Virus record (IMG/VR): IMGVR_UViG_3300033067_000343
Location: 17,247 to 81,246 of that record
Strand: one strand, 5' to 3'
Source: a virus
Lineage: Duplodnaviria > Caudoviricetes
DNA length: 64,000 nucleotides
Both the position numbers and the translations under genes were made by a program. Positions 29,713-39,190 of the stretch are shown piece by piece (position 1 is the stretch's first letter; each line of letters starts with the position of its first letter). Below the pieces are notes generated by a model that searched no databases, had not been told where the DNA came from, and worked only from the letters and a program-made list of their open reading frames with translations.

Positions 29713-30821
29713 TAAGTTAGGATCGTTCCCAATTCCCTCATGTCATCTGGGTTATACTGAATCTCTGCTTGATCCAATGCAGACCCTAAATTAGTAATCA
29801 GCTCATCAACAACTGTGGTACGCATTGTCTTAAAGAAGGTATTAAAGTTGTGGTCCAATATGTGTTGCATATCTCGCTTCATTTCAACAAGCTCGTGGTG
29901 CGGTGTGTTACATAGCTTCTCTAGAATGGTTAGCACAGCATCGAAGCGATCAACATTGTTTGTCATGCTGTCATAACTCTCATCCCAATAGTCCCCAAAT
30001 GTTTTAAATCCGTACGACCTTAGATATGCAAGATTACCGGCACCAGCTAACAGCAAAAACGGAGTTCGGGCAACAATAGGTTTGAATATCTTTTCAGTTA
30101 AGTGAACCTTGTCTTCGTAGAAGATTGTTTCGGTTACAAGATTAACAAACGCAGATTGCATGTCACCGATGTTAATTTCTGCACTTAGCCCACCGTGTGC
30201 ATTTTTAGTGTCAATGGTTCTTTTTTGATTTAAGAGTTCTAGGTTGTTCTCTATTAGAGATTTGTGTGCAGCCGGCAGTAGTTTGTAATTTGCCAACGAT
30301 TCGATGATGTGAGAGTAATGATCGTTGTTGTAGCTCACATACCCGTGATCCATTAGACCTCTATTAGACAGTTCAGAGATTAGTGCAGCACGGTACAAAC
30401 GTTTATTGGCAATCAAATTGTTATAAGTAATATATACGCGATCGAAATTTACGTTGGCTTGCACAGTATACCAATAGTTTCTGTACCATTCGTGGCACAG
30501 AAGAGCATGGTAAAAATAATGACACGGTATGAGTGAATAGTCTCTACACAATAGGTCTTGCTCTGTGCTATACTCACTGGATATTAAAATTTTTTTATTG
30601 CTGAGTTGAATGCTGCCGTTACGGTATATGCGTGTATAGAAAATAGATAAATCAATCGGTTCTTGATCATAAAAGATAACAGTATTTTTACTGTTTATAT
30701 TCTCTTTATACTCTGTAAAATTTAAAGCAACATTGGTCAAGAGCGGACATATAGATCGTAGTCCTGCATCAGTTAGCAGTCGATCTTGAAACACTTTATA
30801 AAAGAAATCATAAGGAATCAT
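29709..30821 (-). CDS. putative glycosyltransferase-like protein (paralog 2)
   Basis: VNLVTET..HLTEKIFKPI..PF..GAGNLAYLRSYGFKTFGDYWDESYD; probable start ATG 30821. Confidence 0.55.
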   Translation of the reverse strand: MIPYDFFYKVFQDRLLTDAGLRSICPLLTNVALNFTEYKENINSKNTVIFYDQEPIDLSIFYTRIYRNGSIQLSNKKILISSEYSTEQDLLCRDYSLIPCHYFYHALLCHEWYRNYWYTVQANVNFDRVYITYNNLIANKRLYRAALISELSNRGLMDHGYVSYNNDHYSHIIESLANYKLLPAAHKSLIENNLELLNQKRTIDTKNAHGGLSAEINIGDMQSAFVNLVTETIFYEDKVHLTEKIFKPIVARTPFLLLAGAGNLAYLRSYGFKTFGDYWDESYDSMTNNVDRFDAVLTILEKLCNTPHHELVEMKRDMQHILDHNFNTFFKTMRTTVVDELITNLGSALDQAEIQYNPDDMRELGTILTY

Positions 30822-30824
30822 AGT

Positions 30825-32060
30825 ATGAATAAACAGGTAGGTTTTATTGGGATTGGCAAACTCGGTATGGCGTGCGCCGAAGTAATGGGTGAGAAGTATG
30901 ATGTCACTGGATATGATATTTACCCCAAAACCAGTACCAAGATCAAAATTGCATCTACTCTCAAGGATGCAGTGCTTGGTAAAGATATTGTGTTTATTGC
31001 AGTACAAACACCACACGACCCAAAGTACGATGGGTCCGGTCCTATTGCACAATTACCTAACGTAGACTTTGACTACACCATAGTCGAAAATGTATTAAAG
31101 CAGGTTAACTGTTGGGCAAGACCTAATCAGCTAATTGTACTTATCAGTACAGTATTACCTGGCACTGTGCGGGGTACGCTTAAGCAGCATATCACAAATG
31201 GACGTTTCATTTACAACCCTTACCTAATTGCTATGGGTAGTGTTGAATGGGACATGGTTAACCCAGAGATGGTTATTATCGGAACAGAGGACGGAAGTCT
31301 TACAGGAGATGCTCAAGAACTAATCGATTTCTACAAGACCTTAATGCAAAACGAACCACGATACGAAGTGGGCACATGGGATGAAGCGGAATGTATCAAG
31401 GTGTTTTACAATACGTTTATTAGCGCCAAGATTGGATTAGCAAACATGATCCAAGACGTTGCTATTAAACAAGGTAACATCGACGTAGACGTTGTTACCA
31501 ACGCATTAGCTAAATCCAGCATGCGGATTATGGGGCCTAAGTATATGACAGCGGGGATGGGCGATGCTGGTCCCTGCCACCCACGTGACAACATTGCATT
31601 AAGGTATCTTGCAGAACGATTAGATCTTGGCTACGATTTGTTTGATGCTATCATGAATGCCCGTGAGATTCAAGCTCGTAACCTTGCTAAGTTTATTGCA
31701 GATGAAGCCAACAATGCATTGCTACCAGTATACATTCACGGTAAAGCATACAAGCCAGATGTTGCTTACTTAGAAGGTAGTTATAGTTTGCTAGTTGGAC
31801 ATTTCCTTGAAAAGGAGTTTGGCATTGTACCGCAGTACATCGATCCATTAACCGAGGAATTGAATCCCAAGTCTATCAAAGGTGTAATGCTATTGGCGCA
31901 CAATAGAAAGATCACCTATGGTTATGCAGGCGAAGAAAACGAGCAGGAGCTTTATTGTAAGATTAACCAGGGCAGCATTATCATCGATCCGTGGAGACAA
32001 TATACAACCTCTGCACCGGGCGTTAAGGTAATCCACTATGGCAATACACGTTCACAGTAA
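30825..32060 (+). CDS. ugd: UDP-glucose/GDP-mannose 6-dehydrogenase
   Basis: GFIGIGKLG, ISTVLPG, YNP, AECIKVFYNTF, GMGDAGPCHPRD, GKAYKP. Confidence 0.85.
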   Translation: MNKQVGFIGIGKLGMACAEVMGEKYDVTGYDIYPKTSTKIKIASTLKDAVLGKDIVFIAVQTPHDPKYDGSGPIAQLPNVDFDYTIVENVLKQVNCWARPNQLIVLISTVLPGTVRGTLKQHITNGRFIYNPYLIAMGSVEWDMVNPEMVIIGTEDGSLTGDAQELIDFYKTLMQNEPRYEVGTWDEAECIKVFYNTFISAKIGLANMIQDVAIKQGNIDVDVVTNALAKSSMRIMGPKYMTAGMGDAGPCHPRDNIALRYLAERLDLGYDLFDAIMNAREIQARNLAKFIADEANNALLPVYIHGKAYKPDVAYLEGSYSLLVGHFLEKEFGIVPQYIDPLTEELNPKSIKGVMLLAHNRKITYGYAGEENEQELYCKINQGSIIIDPWRQYTTSAPGVKVIHYGNTRSQ

Positions 32061-32556
32061 GTACAAGATTCCAAAGTTCTGGGATATTGAATTTAAGCTG
32101 TTAGACTACGAACAGGAAGAATTTAATGATGCAGAAAGTCTCCGAGTATGGAGACACCAAGGTTATACTGGGCCATTTACTGGGCACATGTGCGACATGC
32201 GTAAGACACAACCATCATGGAATGACCAGTTTGTAAAGATCTACAAAGAGCTAGGGTGGAAGGACATTGGCACCAGTTACTACAGAATGGACACTGGTAC
32301 AGTCTTACCAACTCACAGCGATTTATATACACGCTATGTTAAACTACACAACTTGCAAGGCAAGGAGCAACGCATTCGCAGGGCTGTAGTTTTCCTAGAA
32401 GATTGGAAGCCAGGTCACTACAGTGAGATTAATGGCATAGGACTAGTTAACTGGGAAGCTGGCACAGTTCTAGAATGGGATTACGATACGCCACACGCAG
32501 CAGCAAACATTGGCATTGAGCCACGCTACACATTACAAATCACAGGTTGGGTATGA
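32038..32556 (+). CDS. 2OG-Fe(II) oxygenase-like (cupin) protein
   Basis: LPTHSD (HXD), distal PHAAAN, PRYTLQITG. Confidence 0.7.
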   Translation: MAIHVHSKYKIPKFWDIEFKLLDYEQEEFNDAESLRVWRHQGYTGPFTGHMCDMRKTQPSWNDQFVKIYKELGWKDIGTSYYRMDTGTVLPTHSDLYTRYVKLHNLQGKEQRIRRAVVFLEDWKPGHYSEINGIGLVNWEAGTVLEWDYDTPHAAANIGIEPRYTLQITGWV

Positions 32557-33467
32557 TATCAAGTTACAATGAGTGGGACAAACTCAAGAGGGTAGTAGTA
32601 GGATCTGCAACACATGCTAATTGGCCAGTGTTAGACAAAGTTTTTCGCAATGAAGCAAAGAACAGTTTATGGACAGAGACTCCGGCCCCTTCGGGACCTG
32701 TCCCACAATGGATCATTGATGAAACAGAAGAAGATTTGCATTCTCTTTGTTCTACACTGAGCCAATTGGGTGTGGAAGTATTACGCCCTGATCCGTTGAA
32801 CTTCCAAGTACACGATGGCCTGTATAACTATTGCCCACGTGATCGTTTACTTGTATACGGTGATACTATTGTTGATCCTGCAATGATGTATCCTTGCCGC
32901 GATATGGAATATCAGTGTTACATTGATGTTCTAGAAGAAGCGAAGCAAATTATCTCTATGCCACGTGATAAAGGTATGGTGCTAGATGCAGCAAACATTC
33001 TACGCCTTAACGATAAGATGTTGATGCTGGAAAGTGCAAGTGGTAATCGTGCCTCATACGATTGGATGTGCCATCACTTTCCTAACGTAGAGATTGAATT
33101 GTGTAACTTTTATGCAGGTGTACATATTGATAGCACTGTTGTGCCACTAAAGGAAGGATTGGTATTATTAAATGGATCAAGAGTCAATGAATCAAACTGT
33201 CCCAAAGTCTTCCGCGATTGGGAGAAGATTTATGTGGATGATGTTGTGCCTCAAGATTTTTATCAGTATCCGTATGCAAGTAAATGGATCGCCCTTAACA
33301 TGCTTGTTGTGGACCCGCAAACAGTTATATGTGATGCTCAACAAACAGCCTTACGCAGTTTGTTGGAGAAGAGAGGCTTTACAGTCATCCCCCTGGTTCT
33401 TCGGCATAGTCGCACACTGGGTGGAGGCTTCCACTGTGTAACCTTGGATTTACATCGCGGCGAATAA
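32553..33467 (+). CDS. amidinotransferase (glycine/inosamine-phosphate amidinotransferase family)
   Basis: SYNEWDKLKRVVVG, CPRD, LDAANI, HIDST, GGGFHCVT catalytic motifs. Confidence 0.88.
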   Translation: MISSYNEWDKLKRVVVGSATHANWPVLDKVFRNEAKNSLWTETPAPSGPVPQWIIDETEEDLHSLCSTLSQLGVEVLRPDPLNFQVHDGLYNYCPRDRLLVYGDTIVDPAMMYPCRDMEYQCYIDVLEEAKQIISMPRDKGMVLDAANILRLNDKMLMLESASGNRASYDWMCHHFPNVEIELCNFYAGVHIDSTVVPLKEGLVLLNGSRVNESNCPKVFRDWEKIYVDDVVPQDFYQYPYASKWIALNMLVVDPQTVICDAQQTALRSLLEKRGFTVIPLVLRHSRTLGGGFHCVTLDLHRGE

Positions 33468-33494
33468 ATACTCTTATATAACTATAACTATAAC

Positions 33495-34262
33495 ATGGAT
33501 TTTATAAGATACTCGGACGCACTATTATCGGCAATCGAACACACAAGTAAGGAACAAGAGATTGTAACCAAGAAGCAAGAAATCTTGGATAGTATTTACA
33601 ACTTTCATAACTTTACTCCAAGTACAACATTGTTCATGGGCTTTAGTCCGGCCCTGCTAAGTCGACGCAATGGCAAGATTTTTGTTACTAGCGTAAGCGA
33701 TGCTGTATTAGCATACCTAGACGCAAACAAAGTTGACTATACTTACGTTAGCGAAACCGACCTTATTACTAAGGCCCAAACGTTTGACGTTGTAGTTGCA
33801 ATGGACGAATTCTTTACGTATTCGTCTACCGACTTAGATCAACAAAATCTTGTAAAGCAAATTTGTAACCTAGCCCAAGAAATTGTGGTAAGTACATTAC
33901 GTGATTACAAAAATCAAGATTTTAAAGATCGTGAGTTTAGTGTTCCTGCTGTAGTACGTTCTGGAAAGACTAATCGAATTTTTAACGAATTCCATGATTG
34001 GGACTTAACAAATCGCAACAGTTGGAATACCACAGTGTACGAAGTTTCTAACCCAGATCATGAGTTAACCACTTATGGTCCGTTTGCTAGACGAACCATG
34101 TTCTTCAAACAGTTGGCAAAGTTTAGTATTGATGCAGGTGCAAGCGACTTCACTGTCCACAAGAATCTCATGTATAAGAGCCTTATAAAGAAAAATTATG
34201 AGCATGTAATCAGTATTAGATTCGAAGATAAATGGACACATCAAAAACCATCCAACAACTAA
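33495..34262 (+). CDS. methyltransferase-fold-like hypothetical protein
   Basis: FDVVVAMDEFF resembles class I MTase motif; Gly-rich motif I degenerate. Confidence 0.45.
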   Translation: MDFIRYSDALLSAIEHTSKEQEIVTKKQEILDSIYNFHNFTPSTTLFMGFSPALLSRRNGKIFVTSVSDAVLAYLDANKVDYTYVSETDLITKAQTFDVVVAMDEFFTYSSTDLDQQNLVKQICNLAQEIVVSTLRDYKNQDFKDREFSVPAVVRSGKTNRIFNEFHDWDLTNRNSWNTTVYEVSNPDHELTTYGPFARRTMFFKQLAKFSIDAGASDFTVHKNLMYKSLIKKNYEHVISIRFEDKWTHQKPSNN

Positions 34263-35287
34263 CCGAAGCGTTAGTAACTGAACTAGCAACTAATCTTGAA
34301 CAAGAAGCTGTTGCTAAGTTTGAACAAGACATCAAAGACAGACTAGCCAAGGTAGACTTTAACGCAGTAATTCAAACTGCAATTAGAAGCTACCTTGACA
34401 TCAAACTAAAAGAGTTTGAGTTTCCTGCAGATAGCATCCCTGTAACAGCAATCCAGACCGCCAACCTTAAGTTAAGCGGTGATCAAATCAGCAACGGAAT
34501 TATTAAAGGGTTTGGTAGCACCGGCATTGATGATCGTGCTACAGGATGTGTGGTAACCATTTTAGATTCTGCTGTGGTTGTGGAAAACAATCTGGTGACC
34601 ATGGACCTAACCGTTCAAGGTAACCTAGATGTTAAAGGCACAGTCCCTGAGACCAGCGAGTTTTACAAGCAACTAACTACAGCCGTTACAAACAGTGTAC
34701 AAAGCGGGCTGGACACCACACTGTTTACTGGCTTCAGTGATGTGATCTTTAACAAGATCAAAACAGACGGCATTGACTTATCCAAGATTACAGTTGATGG
34801 CAAGGAAGTTGTGGCAGGTAATCGTATTGGTTACAACATTACCGAAAGTAACCTACAGAAGCTAGGTTTACTAAAAGAGTTGCAAGTACAAGGTGAAACT
34901 CAGCTTTCGGATACACTGTACGTAGGCAGCAAACGTGTAGGCGTAAACACAGTTGAACCAAGTGCAGCATTAGCAGTTTGGGACGAAGACATTGAAATTA
35001 CAGCAAGCAAGTTCAAAGACGGTGTAGGCAAGATCTCTACACCACGTAGTCAAGCTCTAGTATTGGGCAGCAACAAAAACAATAACATAACCTTACACAC
35101 AGATGGCTCCACAGAAATTGCAGAGCTAAAGGTTGGATCTTCTAAAGTAAGCAGCAGCGATGCCCCGCCACGCTTTACTAGCACAAAGGGTCACATTGTG
35201 TTTAACGCTAATCCGAGCCCTGGCGGCCCTATGGGTTGGGTATGTTTAGGTGCTGCAAATTGGGCAAACTTTGGTATTATAGACTAA
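34232..35287 (+). CDS. hypothetical, probable structural protein
   Basis: 351 aa; beta-rich repeats; C-terminal GWVC..W..FG. Confidence 0.55.
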   Translation: MDTSKTIQQLTEALVTELATNLEQEAVAKFEQDIKDRLAKVDFNAVIQTAIRSYLDIKLKEFEFPADSIPVTAIQTANLKLSGDQISNGIIKGFGSTGIDDRATGCVVTILDSAVVVENNLVTMDLTVQGNLDVKGTVPETSEFYKQLTTAVTNSVQSGLDTTLFTGFSDVIFNKIKTDGIDLSKITVDGKEVVAGNRIGYNITESNLQKLGLLKELQVQGETQLSDTLYVGSKRVGVNTVEPSAALAVWDEDIEITASKFKDGVGKISTPRSQALVLGSNKNNNITLHTDGSTEIAELKVGSSKVSSSDAPPRFTSTKGHIVFNANPSPGGPMGWVCLGAANWANFGIID

Positions 35288-35314
35288 TAAACCCAAAACA
35301 TGCTATAATGCAGC

Positions 35315-35536
35315 ATGTCACGAAAACAGCAAGCTGAACGCAGAGCAGAAATCAAACGAATTCTGGGCTTTCTGGACGACCGAAATCATCTAGTGTTCAT
35401 GCGTATGTACTCCCACACTGATCTTGAAAAAGATATTAATGAAGTGGTAGACAACATGCCCGCAAGACAGTTACAATGGGCACTTCATCAAGTAACAGCC
35501 AGTTATCACAGCATCTTTAGGATTTTAAAACAATGA
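35315..35536 (+). CDS. hypothetical protein
   Basis: TGcTATAAT 5 nt before ATG. Confidence 0.6.
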   Translation: MSRKQQAERRAEIKRILGFLDDRNHLVFMRMYSHTDLEKDINEVVDNMPARQLQWALHQVTASYHSIFRILKQ

Positions 35537-36579
35537 CAGCACGAATAGGTTTCGCTTGCAAGTACAGTGAACTGGACAACAAAGGTCAAGTGATCTCTGT
35601 GCCCGAGTTAAATACTCGTAGCACAACCGGCGCATGGCTCCGTCGCCAAAGTGAACATATCGCAGAGGAACGTCTCTGGGATATTATGAAACACAACATC
35701 GAATCAGCTAAACAGCTGGTAGCAAAGGTAGGATCTCTTGAACAACATCTCCGAATGGTTCGACTTAGTAGCGACCTTCTTCCTCTATATACCGAGCCTA
35801 CTTGGCGTTATTTTTGGCGTCTCAGTGACGTTAGGGCTTATTGCGAGAAACACTTTGCGGAAGTGGGTGCTATTGCTCGTAGCCGCGATGTGCGTCTTAG
35901 TTTTCACCCAGGTCAATTCTGCGTTCTCGCAAGTGATAATGGAGATGTTGTTGAACGTTCAATCGACGAATTCGAATACCACACTGATATGACACGTATG
36001 ATGGGTTTTGGTCGCGAGTTCCAAGACTTTAAGATCAACGTACACATCAGTGGTCGCAAAGGCACACAAGGTATCCGTGACGTATACGGACGCCTTAGCC
36101 CCGAAGCACGTAACTGCTTAACCCTTGAGAATGAAGAGTATACACATGGCGTATTGGATTGTTTGGAGTTGCGTGATCTTGTACCTACTGTGCTCGATAT
36201 ACATCATCACTGGATCCGAGAAGGTGAGTACATTGATGTTGGCGGCGATACTGTTAAGGCAGTTATTGATAGCTGGCGCGGCGTGCGTCCTACTCTTCAC
36301 TACTCTATTAGCCGAGAAGACGTCCTCGTCGGACACTGCACAGCAACAGAGCCCGATCACAAGACGCTTTTAGAGTCTGGTCATAAAAAGGCAAAGCTAC
36401 GTGCCCACAGTGACTATTACTGGAATCACGAGGTGAATGCGTGGGCTGCTCAATTCCTGCAAAACTTTGATATCATGTGCGAGAGCAAAGCCAAGAACTT
36501 GGCCAGCTTTAAGTTTGCGGAAGAATTCCATCAACCGCAGACTCCAGAGAGTCAACGTAATCCTGCATCCACCCCTTAG
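35533..36579 (+). CDS. uvsE: UV damage endonuclease (UvsE/UVDE)
   Basis: RIGFACK, MVRLSSD, RLSFHPGQF.VL.S, LTLENEE, LDIHHH, RAHSDY, DIMCESKAK. Confidence 0.9.
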   Translation: MTARIGFACKYSELDNKGQVISVPELNTRSTTGAWLRRQSEHIAEERLWDIMKHNIESAKQLVAKVGSLEQHLRMVRLSSDLLPLYTEPTWRYFWRLSDVRAYCEKHFAEVGAIARSRDVRLSFHPGQFCVLASDNGDVVERSIDEFEYHTDMTRMMGFGREFQDFKINVHISGRKGTQGIRDVYGRLSPEARNCLTLENEEYTHGVLDCLELRDLVPTVLDIHHHWIREGEYIDVGGDTVKAVIDSWRGVRPTLHYSISREDVLVGHCTATEPDHKTLLESGHKKAKLRAHSDYYWNHEVNAWAAQFLQNFDIMCESKAKNLASFKFAEEFHQPQTPESQRNPASTP

Positions 36580-37597
36580 ACATCATAACCGCAAAGTTGT
36601 GATCCACTAGGGGTTTTATTTTGTCTAAAATTTCTGCAGGGTTTTGGGTAGATAGCCAACGCAGTTGTTCGCATGCCATTGCCCAACGTGTGCGGCCGTC
36701 TTCTATAGTATCGTAACTTTCGTCAATGATTCCGTCAAATGTTCGGAACCCTAACGCACGAAGGTTACGCAAGTAATGCTGGCCTGCAAACATAACAAAC
36801 AAGCGTCGAGCAATAATAGGTTTGGCGGTCTTTTCGGTGTAGAAGCTGTATTCGTTGCTAAAGTTTGTTTCTGCAATTACAGTGTAATTGGTACGATTAT
36901 AAATGTCTATGGGAATCACTTGGCTCAAGCTCATGTGGTGCCCAAAGTAATCGACCATGTCAACGGTCCATTGTGGGGTATTAATAAATCTGAGACCAGG
37001 TTGCTGCCATGACCATAAATCGTGTTCGCTTGCAAAATCAATCTGATGCTCGTTAAAGTACGTCATCATGTATTGTTCTACACGCAAGTTTGATCTTGCA
37101 AAATTGTGTATGAAATCTCTATGCTGTTTCTTTCTTCCCAGCAGTATGTCGAAGTGAGATTCCTTTGGGCCATCTTTTAATCTAGACAATATCTCTGGCA
37201 AATGTTCTTTGTAGAAATGCCGACTGGTTTCAAACCAATCTAAGTATTCGTGTACTTGTGCATTTTGCAAAGAGAAATTTAACTTGCCACAGATAAAGAA
37301 CGTGATATTTGCGTGATCGTTGTCACGAATGAATTGTGTAGTTACATCGTGTAACTCACTGCCCACAACAAATACATGATTGCTAAACTCTCTTAGCTGA
37401 TCTAGTTTACTTTGTGTGTCGCGGGTAAAGGGATAGGGTAAGTGGACAAACGCTATGTTAACAGGATGGCCACTATTCAAAAAATGACCTAGATCACTGT
37501 AAACTGCCCACTCGTTAGGAGTGTGTGTTTTAAAATGATCTAGGTGATATCGTATAGTTTCGGAATCTCTAAAGACCCCGATATTACGAAAAAACAT
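36509..37597 (-). CDS. putative glycosyltransferase-like protein (paralog 3)
   Basis: HMSLSQVIPIDIY..YTVIAET..YTEKTAKPIIARRLF..LRALGFRTFDGIIDESYD, close to paralog 1. Confidence 0.55.
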   Translation of the reverse strand: MFFRNIGVFRDSETIRYHLDHFKTHTPNEWAVYSDLGHFLNSGHPVNIAFVHLPYPFTRDTQSKLDQLREFSNHVFVVGSELHDVTTQFIRDNDHANITFFICGKLNFSLQNAQVHEYLDWFETSRHFYKEHLPEILSRLKDGPKESHFDILLGRKKQHRDFIHNFARSNLRVEQYMMTYFNEHQIDFASEHDLWSWQQPGLRFINTPQWTVDMVDYFGHHMSLSQVIPIDIYNRTNYTVIAETNFSNEYSFYTEKTAKPIIARRLFVMFAGQHYLRNLRALGFRTFDGIIDESYDTIEDGRTRWAMACEQLRWLSTQNPAEILDKIKPLVDHNFAVMMSKGWMQDYVDSLESAVDGILPQT

Positions 37598-37929
37598 TAC
37601 TTGGTCTTTTTAGCAGGTGGCTTTTTGCCTGGTTGCTTTTTGTCACCAGCTTTAGCCAATGTCTTCTTAGCAGGTGCTTTAGCAGGTGCTTTAGCTTTTG
37701 GTGCCGCTGCCTTCTTAGCAGGTGCTTTAGCTTTTGGCTTGGCTTTAGTTGCAGTAACAACGCCGGCGCCTTCTACAACCAACGCCGCGGGTTGCGGGGC
37801 AACGTCACCTGCTGGTACAGGTGCTTCAACTTTGTAAGGTGCTGCATTAACTGCTTCTACTTTAGTGTCTTCAACTTTTGGTGCAGGTGTTTCTTTACCG
37901 AAGAAGAATTCTTTGATTGATTTGAACAT
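37597..37929 (-). CDS. histone H1-like Lys/Ala/Pro-rich protein
   Basis: AKPKAKAPAKKAAAPK repeats; SD AAGGAG before ATG 37929. Confidence 0.7.
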   Translation of the reverse strand: MFKSIKEFFFGKETPAPKVEDTKVEAVNAAPYKVEAPVPAGDVAPQPAALVVEGAGVVTATKAKPKAKAPAKKAAAPKAKAPAKAPAKKTLAKAGDKKQPGKKPPAKKTK

Positions 37930-38096
37930 TTTTACTCCTTTGAATGTTTCAATGTATATGTATTTAATTAGTGATCGCTCACTAGGAAAATTTCGTGAAA
38001 CCGCTTGACTCTTAGTATAAATACTAATACAATAGAACATATAAGATGCTGCATAGGGCGGGTCTTATAGTAAACTTTCGTCTAAAGGAGAAAAAC

Positions 38097-38366
38097 ATGT
38101 TTACACTTGATACTACAATCGACGCCATCCAAACTGGCAAAAAGAATTTCGTTAACACCGTATTTGCACAGAACAAAACTGTTGCCGATGCATTGAATCA
38201 ATTTGTTGACGCCCAAACTGCATACACCAAATCTGCTGTTAAAGCAGGTACTGATGTTGCAACAACTTTGGCTAGCGAAGGTGTTAAAACTGCTCAAGAA
38301 GCTGCTAAAGTGGACTTCAGCAAAGTGACTGAAACTTTCACAAAGGCTTTCCAAGCTAAAAAGTAA
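38097..38366 (+). CDS. phasin-like amphipathic helical protein
   Basis: SD AAGGAG, ATG 38097; Ala/Thr/Lys amphipathic pattern. Confidence 0.5.
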   Translation: MFTLDTTIDAIQTGKKNFVNTVFAQNKTVADALNQFVDAQTAYTKSAVKAGTDVATTLASEGVKTAQEAAKVDFSKVTETFTKAFQAKK

Positions 38367-38387
38367 TACTAAGGTATTGCTTACTTT

Positions 38388-38410
38388 AAACCCGCTTCGG
38401 CGGGTTTTTT
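38388..38410 (+). terminator. intrinsic terminator
   Basis: AAACCCGC-TTCG-GCGGGTTT plus T run. Confidence 0.88.
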
Positions 38411-38421
38411 AATGGCCAAAC

Positions 38422-38769
38422 GTGCTACAATTAGGCATGACAAAATACTTAGGCGAAACTCCTGTAGACATTGCAACCCACCCTGAGTACAGTAAGTACA
38501 CCGCAAAGGATTGGGCTATGCTGTGCATTTACTTATATGGTGCAATTGATGGTGCCCATCACAAACAATGGGTCATTGATCGAGTTACACGAGTTCTCAA
38601 CGGCGTTGTTCCCACTGTTACACTTGCGGCATGGTCCAATGGTGCAGAAGATTATCGATATAACTTTGACGGCACTAGCCCCGAGTACGAAGCGTTTGTG
38701 CTTAAATGCACAGACCCAGATAAAGACGGCGAACCACAGTACGATTACGATGAAGGAATTGCACCATGA
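38422..38769 (+). CDS. hypothetical protein
   Basis: GAIDGAHHKQWVID motif. Confidence 0.6.
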   Translation: MLQLGMTKYLGETPVDIATHPEYSKYTAKDWAMLCIYLYGAIDGAHHKQWVIDRVTRVLNGVVPTVTLAAWSNGAEDYRYNFDGTSPEYEAFVLKCTDPDKDGEPQYDYDEGIAP

Positions 38770-39071
38770 AAAAACTTATCGCCCTTGCTATTGTTATGGC
38801 TATTTCTGCAACTGCACACGCTAAAGGTGGTGGCGGCGGTGGCCACGCTAGCTCGGGTGGGCATAGTAGCTCTAGTGGCGGACACACTTCCACAGCACCA
38901 GCTAAAGGATCTAGCACAAGCACAGCAGGCAAAAGCTCGTCAGCTGAAAGTACTGGATCTAAATCCACTAGCTCAAGCAGCTCTAGTTGGTTCCCATTCT
39001 GGGGTGGCTCACACGGTGGCACAAGCTCTAAAACCTGCGATCCCGGCAAAGATAAAGACTGCAAGCGTTAA
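38766..39071 (+). CDS. secreted Gly/Ser-rich protein
   Basis: signal peptide then low complexity. Confidence 0.55.
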   Translation: MKKLIALAIVMAISATAHAKGGGGGGHASSGGHSSSSGGHTSTAPAKGSSTSTAGKSSSAESTGSKSTSSSSSSWFPFWGGSHGGTSSKTCDPGKDKDCKR

Positions 39072-39154
39072 AGTGTTGTAAAAATGCCACACTTGAAAAT
39101 ATTTTTCAAGTTTTTTACTCTTTTTGGTTAAATTGCCCATTTTGGTGTTATACT
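39071..39154 (+). promoter_or_regulatory. early promoter with upstream palindromes
   Basis: GTGTTGTAAAAATGCCACAC variant, ACTTGAAAA/TTTTCAAGT inverted repeat, TTTTGGTT..TGtTATACT. Confidence 0.6.
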
Positions 39155-39190
39155 AATGACATAGCAACAAACATTAACCAGGAGTTAAAA

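Noticed and set aside
30822-31052. Upstream extension of ORF 29709-31052
   Set aside because: Overlaps ugd on the opposite strand; paralog lengths support the start at 30821
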